The position numbers and the translations under genes were made by a program. A stretch of 64,000 bases of DNA, from assembly GCA_964563975.1 (NCBI GenBank), contig CAZLZJ010000005.1, forward strand, positions 214 to 64,213, written 5' to 3'. A model generated the notes under the pieces. That model did no database searches. It was not told the origin of the DNA and saw only the letters and a list, made by a program, of their open reading frames with translations. The DNA is from an uncultured Prolixibacteraceae bacterium (GTDB taxonomy: Bacteria > Bacteroidota > Bacteroidia > Bacteroidales > Prolixibacteraceae). Position 1 is the first letter of the stretch. Each line of letters opens with the position of its first letter. Shown here piece by piece: positions 1 through 10,673 of the stretch.

Positions 1-8
1 TGTAATTT

Positions 9-1199
9 ATGAAAAATATCATAAAGTATTTAGATGACGAACGTTTTATAAACTGGGTGTTTCAGCCTGATGTTGAATGTGGCCGGTTTTGGGAAAGATA
101 TAAATCTGACCACCCTTCAGAAGTTGAAAATATTAATGTTGCAAAACGAATTTTAAATAATCTTAAAACTAAGGATAAAGACTTTACGGCAGATGAAAAG
201 ATATTGTTTTTTGCCACTATTCTTAAAAGGTTGGAAGTAAATGAAAAGAAGAAGGAACGGAATTTATTTATAAAAAACCTGTTAAAATATGCTGCTGTAG
301 CTATACTTTTTTTTGCTTTTGGAGCTATTCTTTTTTATAGACAAAATGATTTAAAGCCGGAGTATTATTTGCAGGCAGCTTCAGGATCAGTGCATTCTGA
401 TGAGGCCAGGCTTATCAGGCCTGATGGTTTGAACATTCCCCTTGCAGAAAAAAGATCAGTTATTGAACATATGCAGAATGGATCAGTAATGGTTAACAAC
501 GATTTAATAAATTCTGCTGATATTGCTAAAAACGGAACTCCTGATCTAAACAGATTGGTAATTCCTTATGGAAAGACATCGAAATTGATTCTGCCCGATG
601 GAAGTACTGTTTTTCTGAATGCGGGCTCTCAATTGGTATACCCCGAATTTTTTAAAGATAAGTTCCGTGAAGTCTTTCTTGTCGGAGAAGCTTTTTTTAA
701 CGTGTTTGAAAATAAAAGACAACCATTTGTAGTACAGACAACTGATGTCAGGATTAAAGTTTTGGGGACTAAGTTTAATGTATCTGCTTATCCTTCAGAT
801 AAAATAATTGAGACAGTGCTGACAGAGGGACAAATAAAGCTTGAACCTAATAATGCGGGACTGTTTGACCCGGGGACAGAATTGGTACCGGGACAATTAG
901 CGTCTTATGACAAAACAAGTAAAAAAACCAAGTTGGAGTTTGTTGATATCCGGTCTTATACTATGTGGAAAGATGGAATGCTCAGTTTTGAAAGCACTGA
1001 TCTGTCGAGGGTGATAAAGCAACTTGAACGCTATTATAATATACGGTTTGTTTATGAAGATCCGTTGCTTGGTTCAATAAGAATTTCAGGAAAATTGGAA
1101 CTGTCAGAAAATAGGCAGGATATCATTGGTAACCTGGCAAAAGCTGCTGATATTTCCATTATTATGATGGATGAAAGTTATTATGAAATTAAAAAATAA
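9..1199 (+). CDS. FecR-family transmembrane anti-sigma factor
   Basis: 396-aa ORF with a central hydrophobic span (AAVAILFFAFGAILFY). This is followed by a FecR-type periplasmic domain (LPDGSTVFLNAGSQLVY). It lies directly upstream of a SusC-like gene carrying an STN signalling domain. Confidence 0.85.
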   Translation: MKNIIKYLDDERFINWVFQPDVECGRFWERYKSDHPSEVENINVAKRILNNLKTKDKDFTADEKILFFATILKRLEVNEKKKERNLFIKNLLKYAAVAILFFAFGAILFYRQNDLKPEYYLQAASGSVHSDEARLIRPDGLNIPLAEKRSVIEHMQNGSVMVNNDLINSADIAKNGTPDLNRLVIPYGKTSKLILPDGSTVFLNAGSQLVYPEFFKDKFREVFLVGEAFFNVFENKRQPFVVQTTDVRIKVLGTKFNVSAYPSDKIIETVLTEGQIKLEPNNAGLFDPGTELVPGQLASYDKTSKKTKLEFVDIRSYTMWKDGMLSFESTDLSRVIKQLERYYNIRFVYEDPLLGSIRISGKLELSENRQDIIGNLAKAADISIIMMDESYYEIKK

Positions 1200-1202
1200 A
1201 AC

Positions 1203-1226
1203 CGGAAGGTGTTGCAGCACCTCCCG
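1203..1226 (+). terminator. GC-rich imperfect hairpin between the anti-sigma gene and the susC-like gene (function uncertain)
   Basis: cGGAAGGTG-ttgcag-CACCTCCCg: 8 of 9 positions pair, with a 6-nt loop. It starts 4 nt after the FecR stop. There is no clear T-tract. Confidence 0.2.
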
Positions 1227-1341
1227 ATTTAAAGGTTAAATTATTTATTGTACAACTTAACATTACAAAAGTATGAAAAAAAAGCGAGACCTTTTTCCCA
1301 TTAGTGGGGGAAAGACAATGGTTATTTTAAGTTTTAAAAAA

Positions 1342-4300
1342 ATGAAACTAACACTAATCTTTATTTTTTTGGTATTCTTTGGCTTTGGAAAGGGATTTTC
1401 CCAGACAAAAGTATCGTTGAGTTTTGAAAAGGCAGAGATTCAAAAAATTTTTGAAACTATTGAAGGCCAGACTGATTTTATCTTTCTTTATAAGGATGAG
1501 ATTTTTGATAAGGAAAAGATGTATTCAGTCGAGTATTCAGATGCTGATTTTGAGGAGGTGTTAAGGTCTGTTTGTGATAAGGCAGAGGTTGATTATGAAG
1601 TGCGGTCAAATCGTCAGATAATTCTGACCAGAAAAAAAGAACATCCCGGCAACTTGAAAATATACCAGGAGAAAACAGTCAGTGGAATAGTTTCTGATAA
1701 CAACGGGCAACCTCTTCCGGGAGTTACTATTGTTGTAAAAGGTACCTCACGTGGTACTGTTACCGATTTTGACGGAAAATTTACCCTCTCATTGCCTGAT
1801 GACGCTGAAGTATTGCAGTTTTCATTTATAGGTATGAACACCCAGGAAGTGCCAATAGCCGGGCGCTCCACCTTTACAGTTGTAATGAAAGAGGCTACTA
1901 TTGGACTTGAAGAGGTTGTAGCTGTTGGTTATGGGGTGCAAAAAAAGGCTACATTGACGGGATCTGTGGCTAGTGTGGAATCGGATTTCATGGAAAACAG
2001 GCCTTTAACAAACACCAGTCAAGCCCTTCAGGGAATAAATGGCCTCTATGTTAATCAAGCCAGCGGACAGCCAGGAGCTGACGATGCCACAATCAGGATA
2101 AGGGGAGTGGGTACATTCAATAATAATGAACCATTAGTACTCGTTGATGGCATCGAATACAGTCTTAGGGATATAAATCCAAATGATATAGAAAGCATAT
2201 CAGTTCTTAAGGATGCTGCCTCTGCTTCTATATACGGTAACAGGGCAGCTAATGGTGTAATAATAATCACAACAAGAAAAGGGAAGAAAGGTAATCTTAA
2301 AGTTGAATATAACGGTTATTTTGGATGGCAACAGGCAACATATCTGCCCGATATGGTAACTAATTCAGTGGATTATATGATGGCACGGAATCTGGCTTCT
2401 GAGAATGAAGGCCAGCCAAAACCCTATTCAGATGCTCAGATAGAGGAATTCAGGAATGGCGCTGATCCGGATCTGTATCCAAATACTGACTGGCATGATA
2501 TTCTTTTTTCCACAGCTCCTATTAACGAACATAATATAAGGTTGTCAGGAGGTTCTGAAAATGCAACATATTTACTTTCGGTGGGATATCTGGATCAGAA
2601 CGGTGTTTTGATTGCAACTGGTGCCAAAAGGTATTCAATAACATCAAATGTCACTTATAAATATTCCCAAAAGCTTTTATTTGGCGCTAATATTAATGGA
2701 TCTTTCTGGGATAGAAATCAACCTGTTGTTGATGTTCCGACTTTTGTATTAACAAATGTAAACAGATCTCTTCCGATCCATCCTAATATCTTATCAGATG
2801 GAAGATATGGTGATACATGGCTAATAACCCCGGGCCACAATGTGTTCAGACACCCTGTGGCAGTTGCAGAAGAAGGGTTTCAAAATAATAAGACTCAAAG
2901 GGCATTGATTAATCTTTTTGGAGAATATACCCTGCCATTTAATATAAAGTATAAAGCTAATATAGGTGTAACAAAATTTGATGCATATGATCATCGGTTT
3001 ATCCCTGAAGTTAATCTGTATGACCCTAAGAAACCTGATGTTCCCAAAGTATTGAGATTTGACCCCCCAACCCGGAGTGTACAGCGTTCAAATAACAATA
3101 ATATGGACCTAAGCTTTTTTCAGACCCTTAACTGGAACTGGACTGACTCGTCTGACAAGCACAATTTACAGATTATGCTGGGCTTTAGCAGGGAGTCATT
3201 CAGAAGGTCAAATTTTTTAGCTTATATTGAAGGATTTATTGGCAATGAGTTGACAGAACTTAATGCCGGTACTATTAACAAAGATGTTGGGGGTACTTCA
3301 AATCGTTCAGAATTAATGTCTTATTTTGGAAGGGCAAATTACAATTTTTCTGAAAAGTATTTGCTTGAATTTAACTTTCGCTACGATGGTTCAAGCAGGT
3401 TTGCCAGAGACCACAGATGGGGGTTCTTCCCTTCAGTTTCTGCAGCTTGGCGTGTAAGCGAAGAATCATTGTTAAGTGATATTGATGCAATATCAGATCT
3501 GAAATTGCGGATGTCATGGGGCGAATTAGGAAATCAAAATATTTCACTCTATAGTTTTGTGAATAATATCAATATAAATCAGGGCGCTATTATTGGAAAT
3601 AGCGTAGTGGCAGGGAGTGCTGTGACTGCCCTGGCTGATCCAAGTATTAGTTGGGAAACAACCAGGATGATTAATTTAGGATTGGACTTGAACCTGTGGA
3701 ACAATATGTTAATTATGAATGTAGATGTATTTGATAAACTTACTTCGGATATTCTTGCAAGGGTTAATGTCCCTTCGCAGGTCGGAGACCTTGCCGGGCC
3801 TATCACTAACCTTTACAGCATGTCTAACAAAGGAGCTGAATTAAGCTTGAGTCATTTGAATTCTGTGGGGGATTTTAATTACAGAATTGGTGGTAATATC
3901 GCATTCGTAAATAATAAAGTAAAATATATGGCAGGGGACGAACAATACATTTCTAATGGTTATGGAAATATACGTGTAATTAAGGAGGGCTATCCGATCC
4001 ATTCCTGGTATCTTTATGAAGCATTGGGTTTGTTTCAGTCTGAACAGGAGATAGAAAAACATGCTTTCCAGCATAATGCTACTGCCCCGGGTGATATTAA
4101 ATACAGGGACATAAATGATGATGGCAAAATAGATGTTGAAGATATGCGTGTTATGGGAAGGTCAGTTCCACGGTTTACATATGGTATTAATTTAGGCATA
4201 GATTATAAAAAATTTGATTTAAGTGCTATTTTTCAAGGCGTTAATGATATTGATATTTATCCAGCAAGCAATGTTGCATGGCCATTGTTCAATGGGGCAG

Positions 4301-4653
4301 GAATTACAAAAGACCAGTTCATGAATAGCTGGACCCCGGAAAACAGGGATGCAAAATATCCAAGATTGTCATTATATAAAAGAGGAACTCAAATAAATGC
4401 GAGAAATTCAACCTTCTGGTTGCAGGATGCTTCTTATCTCAGATTGAAAAATTTACAGTTTGGCTATACATTTAATCATCAGAAATTAGAAAAATTTCAT
4501 CTTGACAAAATAAGAGTATACGCAAATGCCCAGAATCTTCTTACCATCTCTAAATATAAACTCAGTGACCCTGAAAAAGATGTGCTTAGGGAGAATATTG
4601 GCGATTATCCAAATTCTAAAGTTTTTTCAATAGGTTGTAATGTAGTATTTTAA
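1342..4653 (+). CDS. SusC/RagA-family TonB-dependent outer-membrane transporter with N-terminal STN (anti-sigma signalling) domain
   Basis: Signal peptide [21 protein letters not shown] (the ORF could also start at 1273). STN-like segment ([21 protein letters not shown]...). CarboxypepD_reg-like segment ([23 protein letters not shown]). Plug segment ([30 protein letters not shown]-like). C-terminal aromatic residue (VVF). Confidence 0.93.
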   Translation: [1103 protein letters not shown]

Positions 4654-4679
4654 TAGTAACCTTCATAATTTGTAAATTC

Positions 4680-6170
4680 ATGAAAAAAATAATATTTATA
4701 TTTCTGATAATTTATGTGGCTTTATTTTTCAACTCCTGTGATGAGAGTGTCTTAGATACTATAGCCACTGATGTATACAACGAGGCAAACTGGTGGCAAA
4801 CAGAATTACAGGCTTTGTCATCCATTAATGGTGTTTATGCTGTCCTGAGAAGTACTAATTCTTACCAGCTCAATAATATTTCTCCTAATTCTTTAAATAT
4901 GAGCGGTGAAGTTGCATTGGCAACAGGCGCTCATAATGCCGGGAATGAAAACTTATTCCGTAATGTGTGGAATTCAAATTTCAGAGGTATAGGAAGAGCC
5001 AATAATGTGCTGGATAATATTGACAGGGTGAGACTTGAAGATGCGCTTGCTAACCGGATAAAAGGTGAGGCTATGTTTCTGAGAGCTTTTTTTTATTCTA
5101 ACCTGGTTAAATATTATGGTGGCGTGCCATTAATCCTTGAATCGCCTGATATGAATAAACAGGCTAAAATGCCACGAAACAGCAGGGATGAGGTAGTCTG
5201 CCAAATAGTGGATGACCTGGATAATGCAGCATCAAAATTGCCTGTAACCCAAGCATCAAGTGATATAGGCCGTGCAACAAAGGGAGCAGCGCTGGCATTA
5301 AAAGCCAGGGTGCTCTTATATGAGAGCAGGTGGGAAGAGGCAGCCATAGCTGCTAAGCAAGTGATTGATTTAGGTGTTTATGAGCTTTTCCCTGACTATA
5401 GAGGATTATTTACTCTTGAGAATGAAAATAATTCTGAAGTGATTTTTGATGTTCAATATAAAATGCCTGATTTTCCGCATAGTTGGGATATCTATTTTGA
5501 GTTGCAGATGAATTCTGCTCCTACTTTAGATCTTGTTAACAGCTATCTTATGAAAGACGGTTTATCTGCTGAAGAGTCACCTTTGTTTGATTCTGAGAAT
5601 CCATATGATAACAGGGATCCCAGATTGCATAAAACAGTTGTTGTACCGGGATATTTATTCAATGGAAATATTGCTACAAGGGAAAAATACTTTAGTACAG
5701 GTTTTGGCTTCAAAAAGTATACATCATTTAAGGATGATGTGTATCAACCAAGCTTTAAACCCGGTACCTCAGAGATTAATTTTATAGTTTTGAGATTCGC
5801 CGATGTATTGTTAATGTATGCTGAAGCCATGAATGAATCAGCCGGGCCTGAGAATGAATTCATTTATCAGGCAATTAACAAGGTTCGTTCACGCGCTGGC
5901 TTACCGGATGTACCGGAAGGATTGTCTAAAGATGAATTTAGGGAGGTCATCAGAAGAGAGCGTAGGGTTGAAATGGTACTGGAACAATTATATTATGATG
6001 ATATTCGCAGATGGAGGATAGCTGAGAAAGTTATGAATGCTGATGTGCTTAATATTGAGGGTGAGGTGGTGCAGAAAAGATCTTTTAACCCTGACAGGGA
6101 TTATTTATGGCCTATTCATGAGGTGACTGTTCAGGAAAATCCTGCCCTTGAGCAAAATCCCGGATATTGA
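4680..6170 (+). CDS. SusD/RagB-family nutrient-binding lipoprotein
   Basis: Lipoprotein signal (LFFNSCDES). It sits 26 nt after SusC. The size (496 aa) and helical SusD-like segments (RAFFYSNLVKYYGGVPL, RFADVLLMYAEA, ERRVEM..E..RWWD-like) fit the family. Confidence 0.9.
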   Translation: MKKIIFIFLIIYVALFFNSCDESVLDTIATDVYNEANWWQTELQALSSINGVYAVLRSTNSYQLNNISPNSLNMSGEVALATGAHNAGNENLFRNVWNSNFRGIGRANNVLDNIDRVRLEDALANRIKGEAMFLRAFFYSNLVKYYGGVPLILESPDMNKQAKMPRNSRDEVVCQIVDDLDNAASKLPVTQASSDIGRATKGAALALKARVLLYESRWEEAAIAAKQVIDLGVYELFPDYRGLFTLENENNSEVIFDVQYKMPDFPHSWDIYFELQMNSAPTLDLVNSYLMKDGLSAEESPLFDSENPYDNRDPRLHKTVVVPGYLFNGNIATREKYFSTGFGFKKYTSFKDDVYQPSFKPGTSEINFIVLRFADVLLMYAEAMNESAGPENEFIYQAINKVRSRAGLPDVPEGLSKDEFREVIRRERRVEMVLEQLYYDDIRRWRIAEKVMNADVLNIEGEVVQKRSFNPDRDYLWPIHEVTVQENPALEQNPGY

Positions 6171-6270
6171 TTGCGGGTATCAAAAATATTCATAGAAAAG
6201 TTGTGACGTATTGGGCAATATAATTTTATGTTTATATATTATTTAAATTTTTTTTATAAATCAAAACTTA

Positions 6271-7785
6271 ATGAAACATATCAGTAAATTATTAATCCCC
6301 GTTATTTGTTTTTTATTTGCGGCATGTATAAATAAATCATTGGAGAAACCGGTAAAACCCAATATCATTTTCATATTGAGTGATGATTTGAGTTATGGAG
6401 ATTTAGGTTGTTACGGTCAGAAGAAGATCAAGACACCCAATATCGACAGACTGGCAGAAGAGGGGATCAGGTTCACAAATGCTTATGCAGGGAATTCCGT
6501 TTGTGCTCCTTCAAGGTCGTCGCTTATGGAAGGGAAACATCCGGGGCATGCCCGTGTGAGGGGTAACGCTTATGCCAGTTTTCGTGAATCCCTCAGACCG
6601 GGGGATTATACTGTTGCAATGTTGTTACAGGAAAACGGATATAAAACAGGTTTGTTCGGGAAATGGGGACTTGCATTGCATGACCAGCCCGGACTGCCAA
6701 ATGATATGGGATTTGATGAGTTTTATGGATACCTCAATCAGCAGCAGGCACATACCTATTATCCGGAATTTTTATATCACAACAGGGAGCGTGTCTATTA
6801 TCCCGAAAATAAATACCACTATCTGAAAGAAAACTACTCAAGGGCAAGCTCCTATGATGAAGAAGGAAAAGTGATCCCTAACGGTCTGAAGGGTGATGTA
6901 ACATTGGCTAAAAATTCATTTGATGAATATTGTAAACGGTCGTTAGACTTTGTCAGGGAGAATAAGGATAATCCGTTCTTTCTGTACCTGGCCTATACTA
7001 TGCCCCACGGACCCCTTATTGTGCCTGAACTGGGTGAGTATAAGGATAAGAATTGGGATATCCAGTTTAAAGAGTGGGCCGCCATGATTACCCGGATGGA
7101 TACAGAGGTTGGAAAACTTTTGGCGCTACTTGAAGAGCTGAAACTCGATGATAATACTGTAATATTTTTTGCTTCCGATAACGGACTTTCAAGCCAGGGT
7201 TATGAAGCCCGTTATCTTAATGAAAAACCGGGTCCGACGCTCAGTGAATTTTTTGACCACGCCCCACCTGTAAAAGGATTAAAAGGAGGATCAGATGACG
7301 GATCTTTTCGTGTGCCTGCAATGGTAAGATGGCCGGGAAAGGTAAAGCCTGGTCAGGTTAATGGTCATATATGGGCTTTCTGGGATTTTATGCCGACAGT
7401 GGCTGATATTATAGGGATTGAGACCGGTGCAGCAACTGACGGATTGTCAATATTGCCTGTTCTTACAGGCAAAGGAGAGGTGAAGGAACATGAATACCTC
7501 TATTGGGAGCATGCTCAAAACCAGGCAGTCAGAATGGGCAAATGGTTTGGGCGCCGTGTAAGTGGCAAGGAGGTTGAGTTATATGACCTGGAGGTTGATC
7601 CGCAGCAATCAAACGACCTTAGCGCCTCCAATAAACCCATGGCAGAGAGAATAGCCAAGATAATGGATGATTCACATACCCCAAGTGATGTATGGCCAAG
7701 TCCCGGCGAAACGCGTGAACAATTTAAAAAGAGGCTGAAGGAGGCAAATGTGCCCGAAAGGCCTGATAATATGTCATTATACTGA
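6271..7785 (+). CDS. Secreted sulfatase (formylglycine-dependent, Cys-type)
   Basis: Signal/lipoprotein N-terminus (FLFAACINK). Sulfatase motifs PNIIFILSDDL and C-A-P-S-R-S-S-L-M-E-G-K (CxPxR formylglycine site). Confidence 0.92.
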   Translation: MKHISKLLIPVICFLFAACINKSLEKPVKPNIIFILSDDLSYGDLGCYGQKKIKTPNIDRLAEEGIRFTNAYAGNSVCAPSRSSLMEGKHPGHARVRGNAYASFRESLRPGDYTVAMLLQENGYKTGLFGKWGLALHDQPGLPNDMGFDEFYGYLNQQQAHTYYPEFLYHNRERVYYPENKYHYLKENYSRASSYDEEGKVIPNGLKGDVTLAKNSFDEYCKRSLDFVRENKDNPFFLYLAYTMPHGPLIVPELGEYKDKNWDIQFKEWAAMITRMDTEVGKLLALLEELKLDDNTVIFFASDNGLSSQGYEARYLNEKPGPTLSEFFDHAPPVKGLKGGSDDGSFRVPAMVRWPGKVKPGQVNGHIWAFWDFMPTVADIIGIETGAATDGLSILPVLTGKGEVKEHEYLYWEHAQNQAVRMGKWFGRRVSGKEVELYDLEVDPQQSNDLSASNKPMAERIAKIMDDSHTPSDVWPSPGETREQFKKRLKEANVPERPDNMSLY

Positions 7786-7789
7786 ATTT

Positions 7790-8029
7790 ATGAGAAAGGT
7801 TCCTGTATTGGTAATCCTGTTTCTTAGTTTTAACTTCCTGTTATCCGGCCAGTCTTTTATAACAGAAAAGATACTTACTGTTTTGAATAAACCTGATGAT
7901 ACCATGATGAGGGAATATTTCATCAAACTTACAGATTATCAGTTTGCTTTGAGAGATTCTTTATTAAGTACTTTGAGAAGTGCAGCTGATTGGGACATGA
8001 GAGCTGAGGGCGGTTCCGCTTTTTCCTGA
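7790..8029 (+). pseudogene. 80-codon ORF with a signal peptide; possible 5' remnant of a larger secreted hydrolase gene, or a small secreted protein
   Basis: The ATG lies 4 nt after the sulfatase stop. MRKVPVLVILFLSFNFLLSGQS looks like a signal peptide. The ORF ends abruptly and is followed by a 114-nt AT-rich spacer. The track ORF start at 7748 lies inside the sulfatase gene. Confidence 0.3.
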
Positions 8030-8081
8030 TCACTGATCACAATATTAACAGATATATTATAGGATTTTATTACGAGAGTAT

Positions 8082-8089
8082 TATTTTTG
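8082..8089 (+). promoter_or_regulatory. Candidate Bacteroidota -7 promoter core (TATTTTTG)
   Basis: Exact match to TAnnTTTG, 55 nt upstream of the 8144 start codon. No clean -33 TTTG was seen. Confidence 0.25.
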
Positions 8090-8143
8090 TTTGTGCAAGT
8101 TTAACCGGGCTCTCTTTTATATAGCCTAATTAAAATATTTAAT

Positions 8144-9124
8144 ATGTCAAAGTTTACTTTTATAAAAACTATCTCTGTTTTTATGCTGCTGGTTTCTTCC
8201 TTTTTTATTAAGGCAGCTGATACGGTATCATTTATTCAGATATCAGATATTCATTTTTGTAATTTAAGTTCTTATCATCCCGATTTTGTTGCCAAGCGAC
8301 AACATTTTGGAAATGGAGCGGTGCCATTTGTGAACTTTTTGGATTCAATACCCGGAAAATTAAATATTGATTTTATTGTCTTTACCGGCGATATGGTTGA
8401 TTATTTTGAAGCCGGAAGCAATACCGGCGGTTTGCTGGATACACAAATTGAGCAGTTTGTCAGACTTCTTGATGAAACAGGTGTTCCTGTATATATGTCG
8501 CTCGGTAACCATGATATTGCAAGTTACCCGTTAAAAGAGGGCTCAGGTTATACACACCATCAGAATAATTGTGAACGGGCACGTTCAACATGGGTCAGAA
8601 ATGTTTCCTGCTTTCGCGATGGCACATACTATAGTCGTAATATCAGTGTAGGCAATACAAAATATAAGTTGATTTTTCTTGACAATGCATGGTATCTGCC
8701 CGGCAGATCAAAGGACGATCCTCCCTATGTTGTTGATCCATACCAGCTTCATTGGCTTGACGATCAGCTCAATCAGTCTTCTGATGATATTGAACTTGTC
8801 TTTACACATATGCCGCTATATGGAGGAACAAGCGTTGTGCCCAATAAAAAAGGACAGGTGATTGATATAGATACTTTGAATATGAAATGTACTTTGGCTG
8901 ATGTTCTGAAGAATAACAGTTCAGTAAAAATGATGTTTTCAGGACATAAGCACAGAAATGCAGTTTATAAGTATAAGATGTCTGAAGACTATTTTTTAAA
9001 CCATATCGAAACCGGTGCATTTGGTTATGATAATAATAACTGGCGACTGATACAACTGACCGAAAACAGTATTATTATCTCTTTGCCCGGGGGAGATGGA
9101 GTAGAACAAATTTTAAGATATTAA
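8144..9124 (+). CDS. Secreted metallophosphoesterase (calcineurin-like)
   Basis: Signal peptide present. Full motif set: DIH (ISDIHF), GDMVD, GNHD, H (FTHMP), GHKH. Confidence 0.85.
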   Translation: MSKFTFIKTISVFMLLVSSFFIKAADTVSFIQISDIHFCNLSSYHPDFVAKRQHFGNGAVPFVNFLDSIPGKLNIDFIVFTGDMVDYFEAGSNTGGLLDTQIEQFVRLLDETGVPVYMSLGNHDIASYPLKEGSGYTHHQNNCERARSTWVRNVSCFRDGTYYSRNISVGNTKYKLIFLDNAWYLPGRSKDDPPYVVDPYQLHWLDDQLNQSSDDIELVFTHMPLYGGTSVVPNKKGQVIDIDTLNMKCTLADVLKNNSSVKMMFSGHKHRNAVYKYKMSEDYFLNHIETGAFGYDNNNWRLIQLTENSIIISLPGGDGVEQILRY

Positions 9125-9179
9125 GTTAAGTGATGACCGGTGCTGCTTTTGTTTTGGTATAAATATAAAATATGATAAA

Positions 9180-10616
9180 GTGAAAGTTAACAGGAAAAAT
9201 TTTTTAAAAATTGCAGGATTAGCTGCAGCAGGTATTGTTGTAAAAAGAGGTAAATCGGCAGAGAATAGTCCGTTTTCCGGCAATCACACTCAACAGTTCA
9301 ATATGCATGGATATAGCGCACCACCTCTTGATAAGGTGAGGGTTGGCTTCGTTGGGGTCGGAAGCCGCGGCTCCGGAACAGTAATCAGGATGGCAAGCAT
9401 AAAAGGGGTAGAGGTAAAAGCTTTATGTGATCTGGAGGCAGACAGGGTAAATAAAACCATAAAATTTTTAAAGGATGAGTTTAAAGGACATGATCCTGTT
9501 GGTTATTCGGGTGATCCTTCTGCCTGGAAGAGGGTATGTGAACGTGATGACATTGACCTGATATATATTGCAGCACCATGGAAATTACATGCTCCTGTAG
9601 CTGTTTATGCCATGGAAAATGGGAAGCATGTATATACCGAACTTCCTGTGGGTGTTACAGTGGAGGAGTGCTGGCAGGTAGTTGAGACATCTGAAAAATA
9701 TCGCAGGCACTGCTTTATGGGATGTGGATCATGTCACGACGGAATGGCTGCTGTTGTTTTAAATATGGCACGGCAAGGATTTTTCGGAGACCTTATTCAT
9801 GGAGAAGGCCACTATATCCATGACAGGATATCTGACAATAAGACAAGGTGGATCAGGGAGAAAGATAATAATTACTGGTTTGGTTACCGGCCCTGGCGGC
9901 TGCAGGAGAATGTCAATCGTAATGGAAACCTCTATACGGCTCACGGTTTAGGGCCTGTCTCTCAAATTATGGATATCAATTACGGCGATAAGATGGATTA
10001 TATGGTATCGATCTCAAGTGGCGATTTTTCCATGAAGAATAAGATGAGGGAGATGGCCGAGGCTGATGAATATTTCCGGCCTTATGTCGGACTTGATTTC
10101 AGGGGTAATATGAATACAACAATAATTCGCACTCACAGGGGAAGAACTATTATGCTACAGCACGATATCAGCTCTCCGAGGCCTGGTCATCGCTTTGAAC
10201 TAATAAGCGGTAATAAGGGAATATACAGGGCTGAACCTGACCGAATAGCCACAAGCGATGCAGGCTGGTTAAAAGATGAGGAGTTTAATGCACTGAAAGA
10301 GAGGTATACCCCGGCCATAACCAGGAAGTTTATGGAAAAACGCAAGCAGGCAGGTGCAATGCATGGCAGCAGAAGCTATGAAAGGGTAACTGCCAGCGAC
10401 TGGAGGCTGATTGATTGTTTGAGAAACGGGCTGCCACTTGAAATGGATGTGTATGATGCAGCATTATGGAGTGTAATTACCCCTTTAAGTGAGTGGTCAG
10501 TGGCACGGCAGGGAATGACAGTTGATATTCCGGATTTTACAAATGGAGCCTGGCGAACCAATAAGAGAGGGATGGATATAGATATTATCAAAGGCGGTAA
10601 TACTGAACTGATGTGA
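9180..10616 (+). CDS. TAT-exported Gfo/Idh/MocA-fold protein, GH109-like (NAD-dependent glycosidase family)
   Basis: GTG start. Twin-arginine-like leader (NRKNFLKIAGLAAAG). Rossmann motif VGFVGVGSRGSG. The C-terminal block DVYDAALWSVITPLSEWSVARQGMTVDIPDFTNGAW resembles, from memory, the alpha-N-acetylgalactosaminidase GH109 family. Confidence 0.7.
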   Translation: MKVNRKNFLKIAGLAAAGIVVKRGKSAENSPFSGNHTQQFNMHGYSAPPLDKVRVGFVGVGSRGSGTVIRMASIKGVEVKALCDLEADRVNKTIKFLKDEFKGHDPVGYSGDPSAWKRVCERDDIDLIYIAAPWKLHAPVAVYAMENGKHVYTELPVGVTVEECWQVVETSEKYRRHCFMGCGSCHDGMAAVVLNMARQGFFGDLIHGEGHYIHDRISDNKTRWIREKDNNYWFGYRPWRLQENVNRNGNLYTAHGLGPVSQIMDINYGDKMDYMVSISSGDFSMKNKMREMAEADEYFRPYVGLDFRGNMNTTIIRTHRGRTIMLQHDISSPRPGHRFELISGNKGIYRAEPDRIATSDAGWLKDEEFNALKERYTPAITRKFMEKRKQAGAMHGSRSYERVTASDWRLIDCLRNGLPLEMDVYDAALWSVITPLSEWSVARQGMTVDIPDFTNGAWRTNKRGMDIDIIKGGNTELM

Positions 10617-10673
10617 TCTTTAATCTATAATAGAAACAAAGTAAATACCAATAATAATTTTGAACTTTATAAA

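Noticed and set aside
8027-8040. TGATCAcTGATCA motif after the 80-codon ORF; considered as a mobile-element end or recombination scar
   Set aside because: It is only two adjacent 6-bp palindromes. There is no matching inverted or direct copy elsewhere in the window and no transposase or integrase nearby.
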